From NCBI GenBank assembly GCA_977020255.1, contig CDROCS010000799.1, positions 124,001 through 188,000 on the forward strand: 64,000 nt of DNA. Reading direction: 5' to 3'. The notes under the pieces are model-generated. The model was given only the letters and a program-made list of their open reading frames with translations. It was not told the origin of the DNA and ran no database searches. This document shows positions 40,962-53,517 of this stretch, in pieces (position 1 is the first letter of the stretch; the number at the start of each line of letters is the position of its first letter). The stretch is from Obrimoposthia wandeli (taxonomy: Eukaryota). The translations under genes were made by a program, and so were the position numbers.

Positions 40962-41504
40962 TTAAAAGTTTACACATACTTTCACTATCTGGAAAAAGAA
41001 AATCATTGGGGACTGAATATATTTTCCTCTTGCGTTTAGTGAATTTGTTTTTATATTGAAAGTAATTATTGGATACTTAATATGTTTATTCATAATTCCC
41101 GAAACCACAAATTTTCTTTCATTAGGTTTAGTCGGGAATCCATATTGTTCTGCAACAATCTCATCATTAAAAACTATTTCCAAAATTTTCCCTTGTCCTG
41201 CAATTTGAATTCGATTATCTTTATTTAAAAAGATTGGGAAATAATCCCTTGCCTTAATATGCGTCAAATATCCATCAAATCTGCTTGCCATAAATCATTT
41301 GGCCCGCTCGTCCTGTATGATCTCGTCGGAAACCGGCGTCTCATCGGTTTGTTTAAGCTGTAAGCTAATTGATTTTTCAACCTCACCTGAATTCTATAAT
41401 AATTTAATAATTCTATCCTTTTTCCATTTCTTCACCTCTCTTGCTAATTTAGAAACTCCTGTGTAACCAACGAGATGACTTGGATCGAACCATACTTTCT
41501 CCAT
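40962..41504 (-). pseudogene. Polinton integrase remnant (N-terminus MEKVWFDPSHLVGYTG plus C-terminal region; core deleted)
   Basis: N-terminus matches the intact INT start MEKIWNNPEDPDGYTG. The rve core is missing. Confidence 0.7.
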
Positions 41505-41600
41505 TACAACAAGACGATTTGATTTTTATATTCAATTTAGAAATAGTTGGAAGTGATCCCATAAAAAAATCATATTTTTGATTGAAATTCATGCTTATAA

Positions 41601-42025
41601 TCATCCTATTATTAGTCTGCTAGCAAGTGCACCAACTATTGAGCTAACAATCCGTACTAGGAATCCTAAAAATCCTCCAATTTGCTTATACAGGAACTTA
41701 CGTTTACCAGCTTGTGTTTTAGCGGGAAACAAAGCAAGAAGAGGTTTCTTATGTCGATTCATTTTAGTACGGGTACTTTATCGGAAACTATTTTCTGCAC
41801 CATATTAAGTAAATCATCTATTAAAAAAGTAGGAAAGGATTTAATAATAGTTGAACGTCGAATAGCAGGTGCATGCATAAGATAATTGAAATATGGACTA
41901 CTCCTAGATTTATTATTAACCATTCTTTTCTTATTTGATTTTTGAGCAACCATTTTTTTACACTCAAAACCGATTTAATCAATTTCTCGACTTCAGGTTT
42001 TAATAACTTTCTTTTTAAAACTCAT
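41601..42025 (-). pseudogene. Polinton pX-like virion protein with adenain site QIGG/F and amphipathic tail
   Basis: MSFKKKVIK... start; ends YKQIGGFLGFLVRIVSSIVGALASRLIIG; homologous to 55115-55528. Confidence 0.75.
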
Positions 42026-42655
42026 CTTCGAGAAACCGGATTCTTTGATTGTTTATAGATGGTAATACCAAATGGATTGAATATATCAGATTTAACTCTT
42101 AGGTTATCATGACAATCTTGGGTAAAATCAATAAAAATGTATCCATGAGGAATGGTAATTGCGTATTGAAATGCATAAATCAGGTAATTTCTATTATTCG
42201 GGAATGCTTGCCTTGCAACAAAATCAATAACAGTTTGATCACGTGGATTCTTGAAGAGAACAAGGTAATTTACATTTAAATTACGATTTCTATGATTCCC
42301 ACCTTGGTGAAATATATTTTGTATAATGAAAATAACAGTTACTTCATGATGTCTTGCTATTTTAGTGAATAAATTATTGAAATCATTCTCTTTATTTGCT
42401 TCTTGATACAATACATCAATAACAATAAAATCGTGTCGCTGTAATTGCTCAGACCAATTTTCGTCAAATCTATTAATAACTTTTATATTTTTGATTTTCT
42501 TAAATTCTTTACTAATTCAACCTGCCTCTCCATCTTCTCGCTGATGCCAGTATATCTTATTAAACTTATATCTAAAGTATTTATTATTTTGTAGTAACTT
42601 ACAAATAAAAAGAGTTTTTCCCGCTACTTATTTTTAAATTATTTTTGAAGTCCAT
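42022..42655 (-). pseudogene. Polinton A32-like packaging ATPase (disrupted)
   Basis: GKTLFICKLL...KIYWHQ...FTKIARHHEVTVIFIIQNIFHQ...LFKNPRDQ; highly similar to 54466-55113. Confidence 0.9.
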
Positions 42656-42699
42656 ATTAAAATATTAATGTTGGGATAATGTTTATAAGACAAAGTTAC

Positions 42700-42980
42700 T
42701 TAAAATATTTTATTACAATACATACACCAACAAACAATAAAAAAACTCTTCTCCCAGAAAAAGCTCCCTTTCTCTTCTTTCATCTCTGCTTTCTTCTTAT
42801 TGTAGCCCAGAATGAGGAGATTGGCAGCCTTGTTGTGCATCATTTTTCTTGCATGCTCCTTCAGAGGTAGATCCGTTGCTTCGATGAGTTTCAATACATT
42901 TTTTTTTCTAAAAGATATTTCGAAATGAAGCTATTTACTGCCCGATCAACACCTTGCTTGAAATAATTGCGAGAAGACAT
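42700..42980 (-). pseudogene. Unknown Polinton ORF (frameshifted)
   Basis: MSSRNYFKQGVDRAVNSF... then LKLIEATDLPLKEHARKMM; preceded by TATAAACA. Confidence 0.4.
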
Positions 42981-43069
42981 GATAATGAAGTAAGAGTAAA
43001 ATGTTGACTGTTTATATACTATACAACTAAAAACTGATTGGATACTGAAAGAAACATAAGGAATACAAT

Positions 43070-43657
43070 TTATACATGATAATGATTAAAAATACGTATT
43101 TCATTAAGCAAAGTTTCATTAGGTGCTGTAATACTACGTTTAGCTTTAACAAGATTACTAGCAGTGCTAATGCCCATTGAATGAGATAAAAATGCAATAA
43201 CAATACAAACAGCATGTAAACTCCTATAATGACCACTTACTAGAACTTTCCCACCATTTTGATAGTTTCTTTAATTATATTATTAGTCAGTTTATAATAT
43301 TGTAATATTGTTTCTCCTAATTTTGTATTTACAAAGATAGAAGTATATTTTAATTTCTTATAAGATATCTTATATACTGCAGATGTATTGATTATGTGTG
43401 TGAATTCTGATTTTAGAAGCTCAGTTTCATCAATTGCATCTCGATAATTCTCGATATATAATTGATTTACTAAAATCTCGCTCATTGGAGTTCTGTTTAA
43501 TCTTTTCACACTAAGTTGGATAAATCTAGCTCTAAAAAAACTATCAAAAGGTGGGTCATATGATCAATATGAACCATAAAATCCAAAGCGTTTAAGAAAT
43601 CTGATCGTTTGTTTATTCTTCATTTTTCACCGCTGCTGTTTCATTAAGTTTCTCCAT
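43070..43657 (-). pseudogene. Dual-specificity phosphatase-like (pseudophosphatase) gene inside Polinton 2
   Basis: PMSEILVNQLYIENYRDAIDETELLKSEFTHIINTS, then (after a frameshift) NGGKVLVSGHYRSLHAVCIVIAFL...ASNLVKAKRSITAPNETLLNEI, the DUSP fold signature. The catalytic HCxxGxxRS is replaced by SGHYRSLHA. Confidence 0.8.
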
Positions 43658-43694
43658 TTTATTGATAAAAAATTTAAAGCTATAAAAATATTGT

Positions 43695-44263
43695 TTATAA
43701 CTCAAAAAACAAAGATAAATCTATTTTTAGTAACATTAAAACTTTTTGCAAGTAATGTCTTTGTTTAGGAAAGAAATAACACAAGTGTGAAGATGTATAT
43801 TAAATAAAATATATTCAATAAGATATTCATATCCTAGTGACTTAACGCCAAGTATCATCACCTTCCCGCTCGCAAAAATGTTCACGCATAGAGGATTGTA
43901 TTTGGCATATCATAGTCTCGGAAAAAGTTCTGGTTCGTAAACTGCGTCCAATCCCATACTCTTGCTCATCTTGCTCAGGTTTATCGGTTTTCCAAATTAG
44001 TACTGACGCTGGTTGATTGGATTCTCTCGATTTTGACATTGACATCTAGCATAGCTTTACAGTCCATTATTCTACATGTTCCTTAATTATATTAAAAATT
44101 AAATGTAAAATAAATTACCAGATTTGAAAATTATAATATAATAATCTTCACACTTGAGCCAGTACTGGTGCGGCTTCGAATTCCGAAATGGTAAGTGTTG
44201 AATACCGCTTACAACCATTTCCTTATAATTAATTTTCACCAATTTAATATTGTGAAGTAACAT
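43695..44263 (-). pseudogene. TBP-like gene, copy 2, with a 37-nt intron (44082-44118)
   Basis: KINYK...KPHQYWLKCEDYYIIIFKSG/TCRIMDC...RIQSTSV...AVYEPELFPRL*YAKYNPLCVNIFASGKVMILG; one frameshift and one stop. Confidence 0.88.
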
Positions 44264-45247
44264 TTTTGATTATTATAAACTGATTCTTATATATTATTTG
44301 AAAATCTATTTTTAGACCACGTAATCTCTTTTGTTAATTGCCTATGCTATGAAATGTAATTTTTCTCACTCGTCTAATGATAATTGTCTTGCAATATGGA
44401 CAAGAAATAAGTCGAGCTGAACATTTAATGCATGTATTTAAGTGTCCACATGGTAAAATGCTACTGAAATCATATATGTCAAGCAAACAATACATTCCAG
44501 ATTTGGTAAAAGATATTCAAGATAATTTATAACATGACTTGGTTCAGGTTTTATTTGTAAAGAACTTAAATCCGTTAGAAACTCATATATAGAATCATAT
44601 TTTTTACCAAATGTTTAAAACCTATTAATTAAAACGGCTTTGATTCTTTCATGGCTATAATCACGTTTTAACAAAACGATTTGTCGAGTTTTCATTTGAA
44701 CATCAATATCATCATTACTAATATGATATTCAACAAAACATCCATTCTTGATACCCATACTAGACGCTTTAGACTCTTGTGTATGAAGAATTCTCTCTGG
44801 GATAGTATCAATAAACTCAAGACGGGGCACTGCTTTCTGACAGAAACAACATCGATATGAATTATTTCAAATATAAACATGTGTAATAAAATGTCTCCGG
44901 ATCTTTATGATAAAAATGCTGACAATGTCCCTGATCAAATTTCCCCAAAAACAACTGCAGAAATTCCAAAAAATTGCAAAACTTCTCAAAAATCGATCAC
45001 CTTTGCACTGCGATATTTCCCGCGATGGAAATACCAAGCTTCAGGTATTTATATTTTGAGCTATTTTCTACCAGTTCTTAATCTATTTTTAGATCAATGG
45101 ATTTCCCACCCGATAATTGGAATACTGAAAAAAAGCTCTAACAGCTTTTATTATTGTAAACATTGAAAATTTAAAGTCAGAATTTCTGGAAATTTTTGTC
45201 CAACAGTTGTTTTATATAGAAATTATACAAAATGACACAAGATCCCG

Positions 45248-45760
45248 ACACAGCGATCTCTTCTCCTCCATATCCGATCGCCACCGCCCATATGCCAAAT
45301 TGCACCACCAGCTCTCCTGCATCGGCGACCAAATATCACACAGTAGCACAATTCCTTTTGAAGCTGGATCCAGATAACGGTGCTACCATCGCGCTGCCAC
45401 AAGGAGACTGGTCGGAGGAAACCTGTGCAACTCTTGTAACGAGGTATTTATTTTTTATTTTTTATTTTAACTGTCTTATCTTTCCTTCCGCGGTAAATAT
45501 TTATTGCGAAATAAAAGATAAGATCTATTTGGCCGCCCGATGAGTCCGTAAGGACGAAACGGCCAAAAGAGCTGGTCGTCGCGGTCTTCTTAGAACTTGC
45601 CGCTCAATCGTGAGCATTTTGATTTTAATTAACATAATAATATTAATAGGATTTTTAATAACCATATTTTTTCCTTTCTTTTTTCTCTCTCAAAAATTCA
45701 AACACACATTTATTCCCCTCGAGCTCAAAGAAACGAACACTCACATATAATTATCAACCC
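45248..45760 (+). mobile_element. Hammerhead-carrying dispersed repeat, copy 2 (antisense insertion in the IAP gene)
   Basis: Homologous to 24183-24705. Confidence 0.8.
45531..45586 (+). ncRNA. Type I hammerhead ribozyme with U4C core variant
   Basis: GGCCGC-CCGAUGA-GUCC-GUAA-GGAC-GAA-ACGGCCA-aaagagc-UGGUCGU-C/GCGGUC; cleavage after 45580. Confidence 0.88.
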
Positions 45761-47569
45761 ATGTGGGAAAATTAGAGTTGTATCAAAATCAATTTTGCTT
45801 GTTACTAGTTTCAAATAATGGTACTTTTGACACATTCCTTTTCAAAACAAACGAACATGATGGAAAAATATCATATGCTGCTTCATTAGTTTAAGATACC
45901 ACTCCTATTCGGATAATGCTCCCCGACAGTAAACACATTTTATATTATCGCTTGAATCAGCATGCTTATAAAACCCTGTTTTTGCTCATGCTCTCTTATC
46001 CGCTAAACCAGTAAACTTTCTTCGTAATGTTTCTAATATTCTCTCTTCAGATATCATATATTCATTTATTCTCGAAATCTTATCAAAACGAAATCGTCTA
46101 ATGCTAAGTTCCCATTTTGCGAAACGTAATGTGCAACAAATTTAGTAGGCATAACAAGATATAATGAAAAAATTTTAGGCTTATATAATATTTGAAAATC
46201 TATTTTTAGATTACATTTCAAATTATCCCTACAAACATGGTCCCTAGATTGATTTTATTAAAAATAAATAATTAAGATAAAGCAAGCACATATATAGGTT
46301 CTGATAGTAATTTATATGCTAATATGGATTATAATATAAATAATCACAGAGAAAATATTAATCCAACACCTGAAACAATAACAAGGCCTATACGCGTAAC
46401 CGTAGAACGTAAGCCCTTCAAGGATATGATTAATACTAAACGATTTACATAAACAACATTATTAACCAATTAGAAACGAGCTTCACAGGACAAACAATTA
46501 AATATTTGAACTTTCAATTATAAATATGAATTTCAAAAATCAAAATTTCGAAAAGCTATATCAGTCTATGCATAAATATCACGGATATGATATGCATTTT
46601 TTGAATAAATCTCACAACTTTAATTTTATTTTTCCTGTCAACATAGAGACGCTTAGATTTGAAGTTAAAGTATAAAATATTCGGGATCAAATATGAGCAT
46701 CAAGAAAACAAATTCATAATCAAGGGACAAAATGTCAATTGCAAGCAGGAGAATGGAACAATATTCGATGGACCTCCTCCTAAACTAGAATGGATTTTCA
46801 AAATCAGAATTCAAAGATACAAGCCTTAAAAAAAAGAAGGGCCCTCTGGATTGATAACATCTATATGGAAAATAATTGAGGCAGTAAGAGTTGACTAATA
46901 CTATTTTATATGTATATCTTTGTTTTTTTCTTCTTTATAAAAATAGTAATAATTTAATAATACGTTATAAGAAAATGAGTGAAAAAGCTACCATTCAATC
47001 ATTAAAGACTAAAAAGACTAAAAAGGTTGAAAAAGAAATGAAGGGTGGAGGTGTTTTCATAGTATGTCCCTTTTATAGTAGGGAATATTTTAAGTAGATG
47101 GCTTGGTGAGGTTAATACTAGTAGTCTAAAATTGAAAAAGAATATGTATTATATTGCAGGTATACAAAAGGGGAATGGTAGACTTGATATTTATGTAGGA
47201 TTACATAAAGCATTCAGTGCAATTCAAAAGAAATATATATCTTGGTCCAAAATTTTTCGCTAAACAATCCAAAGACCTAAATTTAAAAACATAAAATTAA
47301 CACATGGTATATAATAAATATGTCGAACTTTTAAGTTTTTAAGTTTTTATGTTTTATAAAAATTTAAAGTTTTTGAAAATTTAAATTAAAATAATTTTTG
47401 AAAAATTTGAATTTGGTGCACATAAATAATGATACATTTAAACAAAAATGACCTTAATGCGTTCAAACAAAAGAATGACCTTCAAATGACGTACTCAGGA
47501 GAAATTTGTTGCCATGAGAACACACGCACACACACACGGCAACACGTGTTTCCATGACAACGGCCTACG

Positions 47570-47789
47570 TACTCGGGAGAATCTTTCCCTTTTGGTGGAT
47601 CTATTGCCTTGAGTCGAAGTCATCACTTCTCCATACTCATAATCATGTTACGGGACTATACTTGGGATCGGCGTGCAACCTTTGTAACATCGGCCGTAGA
47701 CTCTATCAAAATCCAAGCATTTCCACCGTGTTTCATAATCTCAAAGGATATGATTTACATCATATACTTAAATACGCGTTGGGTACATT
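47570..47789 (+). pseudogene. pPolB fragment (EndoVII insert / exonuclease region)
   Basis: HNHVTGLYLGSACNLCNIGRR...VFHNLKGYDLHHILKYAL matches DHDHFTGKYLGPACNECNLSRK...VFHNLRGYDLHHILKHAL of the intact element. Confidence 0.88.
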
Positions 47790-48960
47790 TGTTAAGATTT
47801 GGTTTTGACTAAATTAAAATAATTAATCAATTTATACTAAAATAAAAATCCTTGAAAGCAAGGTTATAATTAAAAATAAAATTGAATTATAAAAGTAAAT
47901 TCATAAAAATAAAATTAGCGGGAAAATATTAGGACCACGAAGGTCATGTGTAAGCATGTGTAAAGAAGTTAAAATTTAACCAAAAGGCCCCCAAAAGATT
48001 TAGCTCAAAAGAAGAAGAAGTTGATTAACGTTGATTAACAAGAAAAAGTAAATTTCAAGAAGAAACTCACGGAGAAGAAAATCAGAGCCGAGACAAAAGC
48101 ACTTAGACAAGTGCATTAGACAAATTAGAAACACCACGAGAAGACGCTGAGAACCGCCAGCTTGATCCACATCAGCGAGGTAGGTGCACTTAATTTTAAG
48201 TGCAATCATTACAGATTTAGGAGACAGTCCATTAGCAGACGCTCCGAGTCGGCAGACGGATTTAGGAGGCAGCCCATTAGCAGAGGAAACAGTCCATTAA
48301 CAGAAGTGAGAAAGTATATTTAAGGGCAATTTATTAAAATACCGCCAGAAAACTAACCGCAACAAAAACGGAGCACAACTCTCACAATATTCAGAAAAAT
48401 TCGGGACTCAGAAAAATTCGGGAAGCGCATCAACTAGCGATCGAGACCGGACGCCATGCCGATCGTCAATTGAGGTAAGAGCACAGCTGGATACGAGCCC
48501 TCTAAAAATCAGACGTGCAGAACTCAAAAAAGAAAACGAAACACGCCAATTGCCCAAGAGACCAAGCAGAGGACGTGGACGACAAACTAGCGGACTAAAG
48601 GCCACCGTCCCAAAATCGAAGCGAGCGCCGAGAGGAAACAAGAGAGGTCTTGCCAGCGTCTGAATCCAGGAATCGAACGAGCCGGAGTCAGCCTACAATT
48701 GAGGAAAGTGAGCCGTACGTAAAAAGGAGAGGTTGTGACTATAAATTAGAGCACATAATATTTTGTCTAATAATTTTGTTGATTTTGTCGGGTATTGAAA
48801 TACCTATTTGAAAACTATCATTTTGGAAAAGACTCTATAAATTAGAACGAGAAATATCAAATTAATCGTTGTCCAATTTAGTAAGAAATTTGATTGTTCG
48901 AATCAGTTGAGGTAAAAGAATTTAGATTAAAAAATCTCATTAAACTCAATCCCTATTTTT
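47790..48960 (+). mobile_element. 3'-truncated LTR of the family at 26759/28240, abutting the intact Polinton
   Basis: Starts TGTTAAG; shares aatccttgaaagcaaggttataatt and ggaccacgaaggtcatgt blocks. Confidence 0.8.
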
Positions 48961-49684
48961 AGAGCAACATATACCCTTATGGTGTGGCAAGACACCTTTT
49001 ATGGTGTGACACCCTTATGGTGTGACACCCTTTAGGGGGAGGGGGAGGGGGGGGTCAAGTGATCTAGACTCCATCCTTCCTTGATATACTACTATGGTCG
49101 TCCATAGTTTAAAGGGTCAAGTGGTCTAGTCTCCACCCATCTTTTTGTGGTCTAGTCTCCACCCATCTTTTTGTGGTCTAGTCTCCACCCATCTTTTTGT
49201 GGTCTAGTCTCCACCCATCTTTTTGTGGTCTAGTCTCCACCCTTCTTTTAGTGATCTAGTCTCCACCCTTCTTTTTGTGGTCTAGTCTCCACCCTTCTTT
49301 TTGTGGTCTAGTCTCCACCCTTCTTTTTTGTAATCTAGTCCATAATGAAAATTTATGATAAAGTTCACACTTAACAATTAAGAATGTATGACGTAATCAT
49401 ACACACACTATTCTATGGGAAATTTATACTAAGTTCACTCTTATTAGTTAAGAATGTATTACGTAATCACACACATACTATTCTATGTGAAAATTTATGA
49501 TAAAGTTCACTCTTATCAGTTAAGGAATGTGGTTTTTAACACACACATACACTATTTTATGTGAAATTTAAACTAAAGTTCACTCTTATCAGTTAAGAAT
49601 GTATTACGTAATCACACACATACTATTCTATGTGAAAATTTAGATCAAAGTTTTTTCCCAGGCTTACACATCTAAAGAATTATG
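48961..49684 (+). repeat. Left terminal inverted repeat (16-bp, 24-bp and ~65-bp internal repeats)
   Basis: Reverse complement of 60293-61056; starts AGAG; contains a gtggtctagtctccacccatcttttt array and repeated TTACGTAA motifs. Confidence 0.95.
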
Positions 49685-49770
49685 TTAAAATTTGTATTAA
49701 ATCAAAAATTAAATCAAAAAAAAAATAAATAAGAAAGAAGTCAGAGAATAATACAAATTAAACACATTTA

Positions 49771-52700
49771 TTATGTTATTTCATAATGTCCATAAGCGCG
49801 GCTTCTATTTTTCTCGATCCAATAGCGCTTGTCATCTGATGAGCTGAGAGCAGTCTTTTGTATTATGATTGTGTATAGTTGATGATTTATTGTACCAAAC
49901 TTCTTTTGAGGTATAGTATATGCAATACCGTTTTTATACACGTCTAAATATGTTTGATGTACAACCGTTGAACCCTTAAGATTTACTCCTTTTGCTTTAT
50001 TATTTTCAAAGTCATCTTCAAACTTAAGTGAATAACATTTACAAAGTAAGAAAATCCATTCTTTATACATGCGTCCTTCCGATTCATCTTTAAATAAACC
50101 TATTTTACTATTAAATGTATTAGAATATAATGGATCATTCACATTATAATTTGACGTATCTAATAATCCATCTGCAATCATTTTTGGTAACAACTGTTTT
50201 CTTAAATTAACGTTTTTACATTCCAAAAAGAATGAATCGGTATCACCGGCAACTATATTAATTGAACAATTAAATAAATTACGATATATTTGCAAATCAT
50301 GATACTGAAGAGTATACATTCGTAATTTGCTAAGGTCTAGTACAGCTTGGCCTATATAATTTGGTCGATCGAGACAAATAAAATCTTTTCTTAATAAAAC
50401 TGCTATTAAATTATCATGAATTTCAATTGATCGTTGAAACATAGGTTTGCTAGTATATGTGATTAATTTTGTAGAACTAGTGCAGATGCGAAGATTCAAT
50501 CGTTTCTTAACATTTTCAACAGTCTTTCCATACAAACTAACATTTTTAAGTTTATAAAAATCTTTGTCACATTTATTCGTTGCTTGTGATCTCATTTCTG
50601 AATTATATTCTATATATTCTGCGAATATCTTAGCCTGAGAGAATTTTACTGCTCGATGAATAATTGTTACCACTGCTCCTAAACTAACATACATCTGCAA
50701 TAGTCTCCAATGAATAACATAATGACTTTTTGGCGAATGTGTCATTAAAAGTTTTTCAACTTTTTTACCAGGTGGACATTTCTTTTCTGGAGCTATAGGA
50801 AGATCATCTAAAATGTCATGAAGGTTTTCTGGTATTATCAAGTCTACTTCCATAAAATAACCATATTCAATATGTTCCATGTTTACATTTTTCATTTCAT
50901 GCAATATTTTGTTTAATTTTATATCATCAAGAATCCATTCAAAATCTCCTTTTGGTAAAGGTTGATCAAGAGCCCATCCATATAAATTATTAACATCTAT
51001 ATATAAAAGACTTGTTTCTTCATCAGCGACTACATGATGCTTATTGACAAATGTCATTCCTCCTCGTATACCCGAAGAAATCATGTTGTACATTTCAGGA
51101 TCCTGCATCAGTTCAACCTTATGTTTTAACATTTTTAGAGCACTTGCCCAACTCAACCCAGGAATGCTAAAAAGTTAAGTGGTTCTAAACCATCTTCACT
51201 GAGAGCTTTTCTTCTGAATGTTTGAAATACGTCAGCTAATAAATATACGTCAGTCTTTAAGTAAACTAACATATAATCCAACATATTTCTACAATTGGTT
51301 ATTTTCCAAACATCTTGTGCTTTTTGATATTCAGTGTCTGTGATTTTATCATTCCATTTTACTGGTAAACTTAACTTATTCTGGAGAACATTTAATGATG
51401 TAGCAAAATCATATGGGAATATTCCTTTGCCATCAATAAGTTTAGATGGAAAAACTGATCTTGTTAATGGAATAGTTGGTAATTTAGTTGCTAAATTTTC
51501 CAAAGATGATTGTAAAAATTGCAAAGAATCTATAAATCTCAGAGTTATTTGACCTAATCTTACAATCATGGCTTGAAACTTTTCCGTTGATTGTGGTATA
51601 ATATTTATATCCCAGTCAGTAAATTTATTCAATGCATGTTTTAAAATATGATGTAAATCATAACCTCTGAGATTATGAAACACAATAGGTAAAGTTGGAC
51701 GAAGTTTTCTTGATAAATTACATTCATTGCATGCAGGACCTAGATATTTACCAGTAAAGTGATCATGATCTTTAACATATTTTTCAGATGATTCGTGACA
51801 TAAATAACATTCATCGGCATTGCTAAATGTATGAATCTCTGCATTTGTTAAGGGAATCATTACGTTTTTAAGAGCATCTAAATACCATGGTAAAACCTTT
51901 TCTTTAGCCAAGTTCTCTATTGACTGAAGAAACTTAACTATGCAGTCATCACCAACATTATATTGATACTGGGTTTCAATTTCATCTGTACTCATAAATA
52001 ACATGCCAGATGCGACAGGCATATGCTTTTGATGATAACTCTCATCTGGTACTAATACAGATTCAAAATCAGCGTAAACGACATATTTCGGTGATATAGT
52101 TTTTGACCAATCATTGAATTTAACGTACTTATTCTTAGGCATAGTATACATTGTAGTGCTTTCTTGATTATAGTCACATAAAACTTTATGCTTTTCTAAT
52201 GACAAATCGGTTTTGAAACCATGTAAACACTTTTCACACCATTTTCTGCTAATTCTAGTCGTTTCAGTTCGAATATTTAATAGCCGGTTAAGACAAGTTA
52301 TTCCTATATAATGAAACCGATCCTTGGATTCTAGTAACAATAAATTAACTATAGTTCCTTCCTTTATTTTTGATTTGTATGCAATATCAATATAAGGATT
52401 CTTGATAACATCAGTTTTTGATTCTTTTTCACTTATCTCGTTGAATATAAATACATTTATTATTATACCAGGATTTTACCGTTCAAATTTTGATATATTT
52501 GATATTTTCATAGGCATGTCTTCGGAATTATATACAAAATCATTTAAAAATCTTTCATATTGGCTTGGTCTATTTCTATGTAATTCTATTTCATTATATT
52601 TAAGTATTGACAATATTGCATAAATAAAGCAAAGATTATCAGAGTTTTGAATATTGACGACTGCTTTAGATTTTGTAAGAGAATTTGATGATTTAATATA

Positions 52701-53495
52701 TGAATGACCTGACAATGCACAAATTTGACTATATTTAGTAACAATAAATGCATATTCAAGTATATTCATCAATTTCCAACCACTACCTTTTTCTGAATAT
52801 TCTTCAACTTTATTTTCCATTGTATCTTCCATTTCTGAAATTATAGCATGTGAAAAAATCATTGCTCGATGCGAAGCATACCATTCTTTAGTTTCTCCAT
52901 CATTCTTTTCAAACCTCATTCTAATGATGTATTGTATCTTTGCTTTTCCCATTAATTGCACTATTCTTTCTAGTTCGTTTAATAATGAAACTGGAACCTT
53001 AAGACTTACAAGATTGAGATGATCTACTTTCATGGATATCATTGAATAACTATTTTCTAATGATGTTTTAGTATGTATATTATCATTTATTTTACGTTTT
53101 CGTGACGTAATTGTAGGAGCTGAAATTACTATGTTTGATGGTACATTAATTATATCAGTTCTTTTGCTTAAAGCCGGTACTTTAAATAATTCTTTCTTAC
53201 TAACATTTTCATATGCTTTTAAATGACTAACATGTCGACTATAAAATAAGTTGTAATCAACATTTTCAGTGCTTAAACATTGTGGACATATGAAATAATT
53301 TATCTTTTTGTTTGAATAACCATAATATTTTTTCATTATATCATGACATTCTTGAGGATTAAAATGTGTATCCGAAAAACAAATATTTGAATAAGTTTTA
53401 CATATACTCATCTGATGATATGATTGATTTGATTGGACTGATTGGATATTGGTTGATTTGTAGACTGAATAAAAATAAAATATATATAAATACAA
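49771..53495 (-). CDS. Protein-primed family B DNA polymerase (one nonsense at 52476-52478, one -1 frameshift near 51170)
   Basis: Exo YADFES, FHNLRGYDLH, RFIDS, YLKTDVYLLADVF; EndoVII DHDHFTG...CNECN; pol YIDVNNLYGWA, KLKNVSLYGKT, AGDTDS, KAKGV. The first ATG in the open frame is MSICK (~53411). Confidence 0.95.
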
Positions 53496-53517
53496 TAATT
53501 TAATTATTTTACTTACA

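Larger units (their letters stand above)
44342..46100 (-). pseudogene. Inhibitor-of-apoptosis (BIR...BIR-UBA-RING) gene, no introns evident, interrupted by the hammerhead repeat
   Basis: BIR1 EERILETL...AKTGFYKHADSSDNIKCVYCRGAL...FPSCSFVL (46060-45830); BIR FYYT..YRCCFCQ (~44900-44800); UBA-like DYSHERIKAVLINRF.TFGKKYDSIYEFLTDL; RING CIVCLTYMISVAFLPCGHLNTCIKCSARLISCPYCKT (44490-44370). Confidence 0.82.
40962..47789. mobile_element. Decayed second Polinton/Maverick (divergent relative of the intact element)
   Basis: Minus-strand INT, pX-like, ATPase and TBP-like genes in the same relative order as in the intact element, with a divergently oriented pPolB fragment at 47570-47789. Confidence 0.85.

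Noticed and set aside
43223-43239. GTAAGT...ATAG as an intron in the DUSP P-loop
   Set aside because: Only 17 nt long, and removing it breaks the downstream DUSP frame.
49121-49340. 24-bp repeat array as a CRISPR array
   Set aside because: Units are contiguous with no unique spacers, there are no cas genes, the context is eukaryotic, and the array is part of the TIR.
49834-49860. CTGATGAG-CTG-AGAG-CAG as a third hammerhead
   Set aside because: No GAAA or stem III follows, and it is the antisense of pPolB coding sequence.
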